Source: Vicugna vicugna
Lineage: Eukaryota
DNA: 64,000 bases
NCBI GenBank assembly: GCA_013265495.1
Contig: MU057560.1
Span: forward strand, 1,066,753 to 1,130,752
Direction: 5' to 3'
The notes below the pieces were generated by a model. It saw only the letters and a program-made list of their open reading frames with translations. It had not been told where the DNA came from and searched no databases. Positions 54,748 to 64,000 of the stretch are shown here, one piece after another. The stretch's first letter is position 1. Every line of letters starts with the position of its first letter. The translations under genes and the position numbers were made by a program.

Positions 54748-54900
54748 CATAGCACAGGGAATTATATTTAATATCTTGTAATAACCTTTAATGAAAAAGA
54801 ATATGAAAACGAATATATGTATGTATATGTATGACGGGGACACTGTGCTGTGCACCAGAAATTCACACATTGTAACTGACTATAATTCAATGAAATAAAC
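54748..54900 (+). mobile_element. Young L1 3' end with TSD
   Basis: Same 3' end as 648-887; 14-bp TSD aaataaacaactta (54734-54747) / aaataagcaactta (54901-54914). Confidence 0.9.
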
Positions 54901-55239
54901 AAATAAGCAACTTATAAATAAATTCATTTCACACAGCATGACATTTCAGTATTTGAGGTTATGATATCTTTGAGACATGAGTTTCCATTTGTAAATGGCA
55001 GATAATTGGACATCAAAATCAATTTGGAAAAGTATTGTTTATGAAACCATACTTCTTACCAGGCACCACTCCAGGAGCTGCAGTCCAGGCTCCAAGTACG
55101 TAATTTCTCACTCTTAGAACCGCTTTTCAAGGCCAGCATTTTATCCCCATTTTACAGACCAGAAGAACAGGATCAAAGAGTCTGAAATACTTGACAAGCA
55201 ACAGGTTCCAGAGCTAAGACTAAACCCCAGGTCTCTGAG

Positions 55240-55852
55240 CAGAGCGACTTCCTTCCAAAGAGCGCAGTGTAGACGGGGGATAAATCACCACCTCCACAGG
55301 GGGAAGCCTGACTCAGCCCCAGCCTGGTGGTAAAGACCAGCACCAACAGGAAAGTCCTGTTGACCATGCGGCCCCCGGAGACGATGCGGTGAAAAAGGCA
55401 CTCTGTCTGTGGTCGCCTCCTCCAGACCACACCCCCAGTCTGATCATAACAAAACTTCAGACCAACCCCAATTATGGGACATTCTACAAAATACTCAGCT
55501 GGTACATTCTACAAAATACTCAAAACTGGGAGAAGGCCATCAAAACGGGAATGTCTGAGAACTTTACTTGATCTAAAAATCCTAAGGAGACATTACATCT
55601 GCCTGCAGTGTGAGATCCTGAAGCAGGGAAAAGGACATCAGGTAAAAACGAGGGAAATGTGAGAAAACTGTGGACTTAAGTTAATAACAATGTGTCAACA
55701 TCAGCTTATTAATTGTAACAAAAGCACCGAAATAGTAAGGCATTAATAATAGGAAAAACTGGGTTTGGGGCATAGACGGAATCTCAGCGCTCTTTTCAGT
55801 ATTTTCCTAGAAATGTGAAACTGTTTTAATTTTTTTTTAAGTTTATTAAAAC
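55240..55852 (+). mobile_element. L1MC-type 3' end
   Basis: gacttccttccaaagagcgcagtgt...gggacattctacaaaatac...ggacttaagttaataacaatgtgtcaa...gtttattaaaa. Confidence 0.8.
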
Positions 55853-57553
55853 AAAACCCAGCTTAGAATAGGAAGAATATCTATTGTATCATTAGCTGGA
55901 GTCTCACTGAAGCCGGGTAGTCTATGAGCATTATGTTAAAAAAAAAAAGTGAAGGTTAATTTGCCTGAGATGTAAAGATGCTTGGCTTGGGATTAGGACA
56001 GCGAACGATCTTTCTGAGGTTGAGCTGGTGCTAAGGTCCCCTTTACTCTGCAGCCCGTGCAGCTGGACAGGGCATTTCAGAAATTCCTTGGCAAAGACAG
56101 CGTGACATGGTGCTCATCCCCCCTCACTGTTGTCTCCTCTGCATCCTATAGAGGGGCTGGAGCCTCACAGATGATGGAGGAAGAAAATGATGACGGGGTG
56201 AATGAACCAAAGCAACATCAGGTCAACTGAATGATTGAAACAAAAGAAAACCACCACCTCCAAGCAGAAAATAATCAACCCAATGAAAAGAAATCAAAGA
56301 TGTTATTTAGCACATTGACAACAGAACATCACCAGTGGACGGATCGTTTCATCTCTTCAGTCTTTGTCTGGGCATTTGACAGGAGTGGGCTGTGTTCCCC
56401 TAATGCTCGAACCACTGTTTCCTTGCTGATCTTCAATTCAGTGATGCATTTAAATCCATCCCACCCAAACCCTCATTCCTGCACCAGCAGCACAAAGTAA
56501 ATTTCCTTTCAAAATACTCTGGACTGAAAGGGTCCTTGTCTTTAGAATAATGTGAAATAAAAATGTAAAAGATACGTTTTGAAAGAAAGGGGATGCATGA
56601 GGAAGACTGAGCGGCCTGAGATGGTAGCACTATTTTCAGGTAAATGGACGAAAATCACTTCTGTTGTGCCGTCCTCTTCCCGTGCGACATTTTTCTTCTA
56701 CTTGGAATTGGCTATTACATGCAAGTAAACAGGAGTGTCTGCAATATGCCAGAGCGATTCCCTGCTGCAAAAAACAGCGCTCGTTTTTACAAAGATGTTG
56801 GACTTCATTTTAATGCTCCCTAAATTATAGTCTGCTGCAAAATTGCACACTGAGACTTTTCTGTGTGTGAAGAAGACCTATTATCATACATACAAAGCCA
56901 CAAGGCAGCGACTGCTGATTCTTTAATAATTCAGATGCATGCATTGACTTCAAATAAACTTTGGGGACAACAGAGAAGGGTGACCCGGTGGACTGTGTTT
57001 ATTACGGCCAATGGCGTATAACCTCCTCCTCTCTTTGCTGTGTCATTATGTGATGAATCTGCCTCTTGTTTATTTGTTTGTTTTAGTTAAAATGCAGATA
57101 TGTCTAAGAATAGAGTTCATAGAACTTCCTTACTGCAAGCCTGAACCAGATTCTTTGACCAACGTTTGTGAAGGTCTAAGATGGGTGGTCCTGCAAATAT
57201 CAAAATATCACACGTAAGAAAGGAAAGAAGGAAAACATGCATTTTCTACCCGGTGCTCACACGCCACTCTCACCGAGTGCGGGAAAAGGGGGTTCTCAGC
57301 CGAGTGCCGGGACTGACAGCCAATGAATATACTCTTCCAAGGGGGCTTTAGGTTCTTTTTTTCCTTCTAATTTATTTTTATAAATCATCAAAGCAAGCCC
57401 ATGCTAATCACACACACACACAGATAACGATGAGGACCAGACAGCCTCCACTCTCAGAGGAGACCCACACAGCCAGTGCTGACTACGTGTTTCTAGGAAC
57501 CTTCTGTGCTAATATTAAAAACATCTATATAAATGTTGATATGAATATAGGTA

Positions 57554-57989
57554 TGCGTCATTTCCTGTGGTTTCCATGCGCAAATTCGCACAGACTGAGC
57601 GACTTAAAGCAACAGACACTCATTCTCTCTCAGCTCTGGAGCCAGAAGTCTGGAATCAAGATGTCGGGGGGCCATGTTCTCTCCGAAGGCGGGATGGCGG
57701 AGGAGGGCGTCCTTCCTTGCCCCCTCCAGGTTGCAGTGCTCCAGGCGTATCCTGGCTTGCGGCACGTCGCCCGGTCTGTCTCTGTCTTCATGGCTGCCTC
57801 CCCTGTGTCTCTGTGTGGCCCCGCTCTCTCTCTGCCTTTCTGTCATGAGGGCACCAGTCGTCGGGTTTAAGACCCACCCTAAACCTAGGATGATCTCATC
57901 TGCAGACACTTAGTTTCACGACTTCTGCAAAGGGCCAAGGGCTCAGAGCAGGAACGCATCCTCGGTGGGGGCCCAGTTCGCCCACTACA
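57554..57989 (-). mobile_element. MLT1C-type LTR
   Basis: gacttaaagcaacagacactcattctctctcagctctggagccagaagtct...gacccaccctaaacctaggatgatctcatct...cccactaca. Confidence 0.85.
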
Positions 57990-58029
57990 AGGAATATGTG
58001 TGCGCGTGTGACCACGCCTAGAGATGTGA

Positions 58030-58960
58030 ATCTATTGCTCCGGCCAGATTGCCAGCAGGAAACGAGCGGAACCCTCACACCAGGGTCCTCCGAGGGGGAT
58101 CTGGCGCAGGTCCGCCTGCAGAGGTCTGGGTGGGACGGCGGGAAACCCACAGGCTGGGACGCCGCTGAGGCTGCCGTCAGCCGGGGCCCAGGGGCCGAGG
58201 GCGCGAGCCCAGGGAGGGGCGGCAGGGGCGCTCGGACCTCCCGCCTCCCGCTCACCCCTCTCTTCTCCGGCTGGACCTCCGCACCGGCCACGTGCTCCCG
58301 GCAGCCCGAGGGCAGCCCCCCCCCCCCCGCAGGCCCGCCTCCCGGGCCCAAGCTGCGAGCGGCTCTGGAGATGGGAACAGAGTGCTCGGAGCAGGAAAAC
58401 AAACAAGCACATACAGATTCAGGGATTTTTTTTTCCTGCACGAATGAGACTATTCTACAAATACGGCTGCGTAAGTCCTTCTCCCCGTAGGGCTACGTGC
58501 TGGGTGTAGTTCTTTAAAGACTCCTAGTGGTCCACCTCCGTTTTCACAAATCTCAGGGCAGTTTACTGCGCTGGTCTCGCGCTAACGGACACTCAGGCCT
58601 TCCCCTCTCTTTTCCAGGCACAGTAAATCCGCAGTGAATGCGTTTCTGGGCACGAGTCGCTGTGAAGGCAGGTGAGTAGAGCCCCGCCGAGCAGACGCCG
58701 CGGGGGCAGCGCCTCGGCGGCACAGCCCTCCCCGGGGGCGCTTCGCAGGCGCCGCGCTCACTCGCGCCGCAGTCAGACGCCTCACAGGCCTTCACTGTGA
58801 GCCTGGTCTCTAATTCAGCTCATTCTTCCCTCTGCAATCGCCTTTCTTTCCTTCCCGCAGGATGGGCCGCAGTCCAGCAACAGCGCCGCGGAGGGGAAGG
58901 GGGTTCCGCAGGCGGTGAGGACCCCGGCCCAGGTCGCACTGTGACGTTCACTTGCTGTGT
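58030..58960. promoter_or_regulatory. CpG-island-like region
   Basis: About 0.9 kb of high GC and CpG density, including a C run at 58316-58328. Confidence 0.55.
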
Positions 58961-60153
58961 GCTCACGGCAAGGTACTGCGCCTCTCTGAGCCTTCCTCTC
59001 CTACATCTGAAACAGGAGACATAAGCTCTGCCTCCACCGACCTTAGAGGACTGTGAAAAACATGAAATTATGTACAGGAACAGTTTTTAAATGTTTCTGA
59101 TAATCACACAAAATACTTGTCATTCTGATGCCCTTTTCAAATACAGTTAAGACCTACTCTTCTGAGAAAATGGGTGCCGTTAGGGAAGGTTTCATTTACG
59201 TTCCCCTAATAATTATTGAATTTACTATATTTCTTTGTATTAGATTTCTGGTTTAAAATTCAGATCAAAACCTAAAAATGTTCATAATAATTGATACCTC
59301 TAGGTAGAAAATGATGAATGTATAAGTAGAGAAGTATTCTGTTCCTAAAACGTTATGTGCATTTTCCCCGAGGAGCATGTGTGTGTGTGTGTGTGTGTGT
59401 CTATGTAAAGCTCATCAAAAGGATATTTAAATTTATACTAGGAATAGAAAACTTGCACAATGTTTCTCATCTATCTGGGACAAAATTTTCCTCTTCAACT
59501 GGATAACATACATGAAGAGGAAACTTTGAGTCTCAGGGAGCTCATCTGGAAAATGGGTTCATAACAGTTATCCTACTTCCCTATTTCACAATCCCAAAAC
59601 TTCTGAGGGTCACAGTACCGGCTTGCTATCGGAACTGAACAAGAAACCTATGGAGTCTAATGCAGGAATTCCATCTGCATGGAGATTTTACGAGGCGATG
59701 CCAAGGGACCGCGTTGAACCACACTGTTAGCTCATTCGCCTGCTGCCCGTGCACGGGCGCAGTTCTTGGCTATGGTTTCTGCCTTCTCTGCCTTTCAGAA
59801 GAGACCAGTACGTGCAAGACGTAAACCAGCAAGGTGGGAGGATGATTATTGCTCCGAAAGGCCAGGGATGAGAGGTCAGAAAGGCAGGGTTTGGAACAAT
59901 TTGTTATTAAAGTTGTCTAGAGCCACTGTCACATTCGAAAGGCATTTAGATAGATTTTAAATGACCAGATATTTCTGAATTACTCAGAAATTTTTTAAGT
60001 TGAAAATTTTTTTGCCCCTGGATTTTGGAATGCGGATTTCATGTTTACTCAGCCCTACAAGTAACTGTGGAGACAGCATTTTGTTATGTAAACAATGACT
60101 GAAGATAATATCATGGTCTACTCGACATCACAGAATAGAAGTTAAATACATCA

Positions 60154-60244
60154 TCACAGTGAAAATCGGGTCCCATCTGTATGTCGGTTAAGAAAAATGG
60201 CGGATGTATCTGGCGATATTCTGTTCTGGCTTCTTTGAGCTTTG
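60154..60244 (-). CDS. Candidate terminal coding exon of an unidentified gene
   Basis: Acceptor tcactgtctttcactag|; reads (S)KAQRSQNRISPDTSAIFLNRHTDGTRFSL* with stop at 60154-60156, or in the alternative phase (A)KLKEARTEYRQIHPPFFLTDIQMGPDF... to a stop at 60111-60113. Confidence 0.4.
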
Positions 60245-60823
60245 CTAGTGAAAGACAGTGATATATTGTGCTTTGCATGTTTGGTTAAATCGCTGTATAT
60301 TATAGTTTGTCTACTCTGTCACCAAACATAATACATGTTAAACAGATGTAATTCCGCAGTAGAGTGCCAAAATCAGGTCTCCTTCATGCTATAAATTATT
60401 TTTTCCTGTACAGAAAACACTTAACTTTTTGCCCCAAGCCAGTAAATTTGTATTTGTTTATTTTATTTGCCCTAAAATTTGTGTGAGTCTCTCCCGTGAA
60501 TAAAGAGATGGGAGTTTCACTGAGTCGTCCTGTTCATCCATTTTCTAAGAACTGAAATGGAATCAAGGACACTCAACACTAAAGTCTCACTGAATTAACT
60601 GAGTTTCCCTTTGCCAATTCCCGTGTCACACTGCACCCCCCAAATAGCTGAGGGTCACCTTTAGTTTTGACTTGACAATGTACATTCTCTGAGAAAGGCA
60701 ACTTCTGGTGGGAGAAGGCTGAGGGAACGTGCTAGTCGGTCGCACATCTGGAGAAATACTGTTTAGAGCGCTTCTTTCTTTTAGCTTCTAGAAAGAGAAC
60801 AGTTTGGGAAGCAGGAGACGGAT

Positions 60824-60990
60824 TGTAACTGAGCAGGACCCTCTGGGACCTTCCCTGGACAGAGCCCCCCGTGTCCTCCGCCTGCCTCTTGTTTGTACAA
60901 AAACTCTAATCGAAAGAATAAATTTAAGCAGAGAAATGACAAAATGCAGAAGCAAAGGAAAACACTCAGACAAGACCAAATCCTAGTAGT
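60824..60990 (+). mobile_element. ERV1-type LTR 5' fragment (cetartiodactyl-like)
   Basis: Starts tgtaactgagcaggaccctctgggaccttccc..., continues gaataaatttaagcagagaaatgacaaaatgcagaagcaaaggaaaac. Confidence 0.55.
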
Positions 60991-61304
60991 TTGGCTATGA
61001 AGCAAAGCAACATGTGCACCCATGTTAGTTTTCTTGCCTCAGCTTAACTCTCCCCCGTCAGCCCCCCTGGGTCTGCTGGGGGCTCCTGCCCATGGGTTGC
61101 TCTGGTGACAGCTCGGGACCAGTCACAAGGCTGGCAGGAAGGGCGGTACAGCACAGCTGCCCCACTGCTGATGCTCCCGTGGCCCGCAGATCACGCGTGG
61201 GCATGGCTGTGACTGCTAGGTGACAGTGGGGACAGCTAGGGGGCTGCTGCTCCAGGACCAGGCCGTGCCCCTCCTAGCGTGCGCTTACTGATGGCTCACC
61301 TCAC

Positions 61305-61391
61305 CTTGCTAGGCACAGTGCACCCCACAGATCAGCTGACTCCAGTTTTCCCTCTTTAGCCGTGGTGCACTGTGCTGCAGGCACCGGCGAC
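61305..61391 (-). CDS. Candidate 87-nt internal exon
   Basis: Pyrimidine-rich acceptor ...tatttcctag| and donor CAAG|gtgagg; open in phase 2: (R)SPVPAAQCTTAKEGKLESADLWGALCLA. Confidence 0.35.
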
Positions 61392-62625
61392 CTAGGAAAT
61401 ACTGGTATAAAAGACAAAGCTGAAGAGATAAACGCAAGATGAAAATAAACAGTCAGAGAGGAGAGGAGATAGAGTCAGGTTTTTCTCCCCCAAGATCGTG
61501 GACCATTCACTTTAGTTAACTGCTTATAAATCGTTTGGCATACTTTACTGTGTTCAGGACAGAAAAACACATCTTGAGTTGAAAAACAATCCTATTGGCT
61601 CTATAAGGCTTTGCATGTTTTGAAATTGGCCCAGAGGGAGAACACCCCATTCTAAATCTCGGCCACACCTGTCCTCCAGCTCTGGCGGGTGTGCTGTCAT
61701 AGCCCTAAGTGAACTGACTTGACTTTGCGTACAGTCCTGCTCTCCTTAGATTCCGTGTGCATTGGGCTGAGGTAGATGGCGTCTGCCTCACCGTCTCAGG
61801 ATGCTGATGGGTCATGGTTTCAGGGGTTTTGGGGGCATAACTGTGTCTCCTTGCTGCTCTGCACTTCAGACAGAGCCAGGTGAGAGGTCAGAGAACGAGC
61901 CTGAGGTTCTCACTCTCACCTGTCTTCCTAGTCCATTAACCAGGCAGTGGGGCCCTTGTTTAGACGCCCAGGAACATCTCCAAAAATTGATAAATTTCTG
62001 AGGCCTTTATGGACAAGACCTCTGTTAGAATAACTCATATCTGTTACTGAACTTGTAAATTAGTCATGTTTTGATTAATATGCGAATTAAGAATTTGCTG
62101 TTAAAAAGGTATAAATATCTCATTGCCTAAAGTGATTAGAATAAGTAATTACTTAAACATGATAATTTTGATGTTAAATAATTACTATAGGAGAAAAAGG
62201 AAGAAGGCACAAATACGCTTGATATAATTTCAGCTGTTGAACCGAGTGACAACATTTGATGCTGTTTGTATAAATATGCACATATGCTTTGGGAGATTTA
62301 ATACTTGCTTCTCCTTTTATACAAGTCACTTCAATTTTCGTTTTATTGACAATCTAGAATAGTAATTTTGCTCTGCTCAAAGATCTTTTTTTTAAAGAAA
62401 ATATAAACTATTTCACAATATTTCTCATGTAACTGCACCTCTTTTATTTTTAACGTTTATTGGCTAATTAACTTCAAATAGCTATTATGACTTGGTGTGA
62501 CGCACAGCGCTGAGGCTGAAGGGTGGAATCAGGCTTCAGAGAACCCCGGACCATTTGCAAATTATTCTGGGTCATTATGGCGACCACCAGAGTACAGAAT
62601 CTTGCCCTTCCTTGTACACAGTTAC

Positions 62626-62663
62626 CTCCAACTTTCATGTAACTTCCTTTTTGACCGTGTAAC
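62626..62663 (-). CDS. Candidate 38-nt exon
   Basis: Donor GGAG|gtaact; weak acceptor ttttttctgacaaataag|; reads VTRSKRKLHESW or (R)LHGQKGSYMKVG. Confidence 0.28.
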
Positions 62664-63036
62664 CTTATTTGTCAGAAAAAAATCTTTGATTCACACCCCA
62701 TAATAATAAAAATATGTACATTTATTTTTAAAATAAATGCATGTACTGTTACTATGAGCTAATGTTTTAAAATCAATTTTCCTATGAGTGTAGGCTTTGG
62801 CGTTTCCACTTTTACACTGTGGTGGATACACACGGCAAAACTTCAAAACTTGTGTCCTTATCTTTAACGTGTTTTGGTCTACTGACCTGAATCATTTAAC
62901 ATTTAGTCTCAGTTTACTTAGACTGTAAAAGAAAACATAATTTCTAGGTTTTAACTGTTCATTCATCCTTCCAACGATACATTACACGTACACATCTTTA
63001 CACGACACCGCGTAGGGTGAAGCATAAGACGGGTAC

Positions 63037-63191
63037 CTGGGGCTGTGGATCCGTAAGTGAGTCTTGCTGCTCGCTGTGGGTTTAGGCGGTCGCTGTCGGC
63101 GCTGGGGCCGGAACAGAACCCAGCATGGGATGGGAGAAATGTGGGCTCCGTCCAGCTCCCACTGAGGACTCTGCAACACCATTACATTTCT
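63037..63191 (-). CDS. Candidate 155-nt internal exon
   Basis: Acceptor ttttctattaattaacag|, donor CCAG|gtaccc; GC-rich block in AT-rich flanks; open frame RNVMVLQSPQWELDGAHISPIPCWVLFRPQ...RIHSP. Confidence 0.45.
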
Positions 63192-63758
63192 CTGTTAATT
63201 AATAGAAAATAATATGACCTGTATATCGTATTACCAGCCTCTCTGTGACGTATACAGCAGGACAGATGAGCACGGGGACGCGAGGTTTCTGTCCCTCTGG
63301 GTCCTGGGATCCCGTCCTTCCCCGCGCACAACTCAAGTGTCAAATATGGCATTTGGTTCCAGATCCGAGTACCAGCCTCAACAGTAAATTGAATATTAAT
63401 AGAGAGGCTTTTTAAATTTTTAAATAAAGCTTAATAGAATTGTGAAGTTAGTATTCTGTCCCTGTAATGCAGTGGGGGGCCCTGCGCATGTCAGAAGTGG
63501 GACCCCGCGCTCCCGGACAGCAGCCGGGCTCCGTTCTCCCGATCCCGCCAGCCTGGACCGTTTCTCCTAAAGCCTCGCGGCCGTTTATGCTACCTCGTTC
63601 ACGACATTGCTTCCTTTTTTAAAAACAGTAGCTAATATGCAATAATGGCTACTCAAATAGTCATTTCATATCCTCCTGTGATCTGGTGGCTCCTAAGTTT
63701 AGAAATCTTCTCCCGTTTCTGTCTGCATCACCATGGCACCCAACTGAAAATCATGTAC

Positions 63759-63864
63759 CAGGAAGGTTCTTAGCAAACGCCAAAAAGTGAGTGATCTGAA
63801 TCTTCCGGTGACTATTATAGCAAGATAAGACAGCAGGTTTGAGGCCCTTTGTGGAAGGACGTGA
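63759..63864 (-). CDS. Candidate 106-nt internal exon
   Basis: Very strong acceptor (long T tract ending tttcttag|), donor CTG|gtacat; two frames open (HVLPQRASNLLSYLAIIVTGRFRSLTFWRLLRTFL and SRPSTKGLKPAVLSCYNSHRKIQITHFLAFAKNLP). Confidence 0.5.
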
Positions 63865-64000
63865 CTAAGAAAAAGAAAAAAAAAAAGGGAGATTTAGATT
63901 TTTCAATGCTGAGGGAAACCCTGAGCCCAGATTCGTGATTTATATCTAGAAACTCTGATTAGCAGTTAGTTGATGTAGATCGTTTATTCTCATGCGTCTT

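Noticed and set aside
57430..58490. ORFs of 100-181 aa
   Set aside because: Derived from an MLT1C LTR and CpG-rich sequence open in several frames on both strands
58861..58914. Plus-strand mini-exon (ttccttcccgcag|...|gtgagg)
   Set aside because: Isolated, with no partner exons found; chance occurrence is plausible
60154..63864. Assigning a gene symbol to the candidate exon chain
   Set aside because: Neither spliced peptide matched any C-terminus I could recall, so I left it unnamed
1..64000. CRISPR array, operon, prophage or other prokaryote-type system
   Set aside because: No regularly spaced repeats or dense ORFs; the sequence is mammalian, and its dispersed repeats are explained by transposon families

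Overview
Mammalian, most likely camelid, genomic DNA. The evidence is a Vic-1-like tRNA-Ala-derived SINE with a target-site duplication (TSD) and several young camelid/cetartiodactyl-type L1 3' ends. The window is mostly intergenic or intronic and rich in repeats: a near-full-length Tigger1 nested in an MLT1A LTR, several MaLR/ERVL LTRs, an ERVL internal remnant with a decayed dUTPase, old L1M/L2/MIR pieces, and MER5/MER8-type elements. It opens on the edge of a CpG-island promoter. At 60.1-63.9 kb it ends with a chain of five minus-strand candidate exons whose splice phases are compatible; they look like the 3' end of a gene I cannot name, and they can be read in two frames. A strong non-coding minus-strand exon sits beside a CpG island at 40.4-40.8 kb. 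Old repeats show patchy CpG/GC gain that resembles GC-biased gene conversion. I see no prokaryote-type system such as CRISPR or an operon, and I cannot support a claim of a new biological system beyond these leads. Repeat family names come from recalled consensus sequences, not from a database search, and repeat boundaries are approximate.
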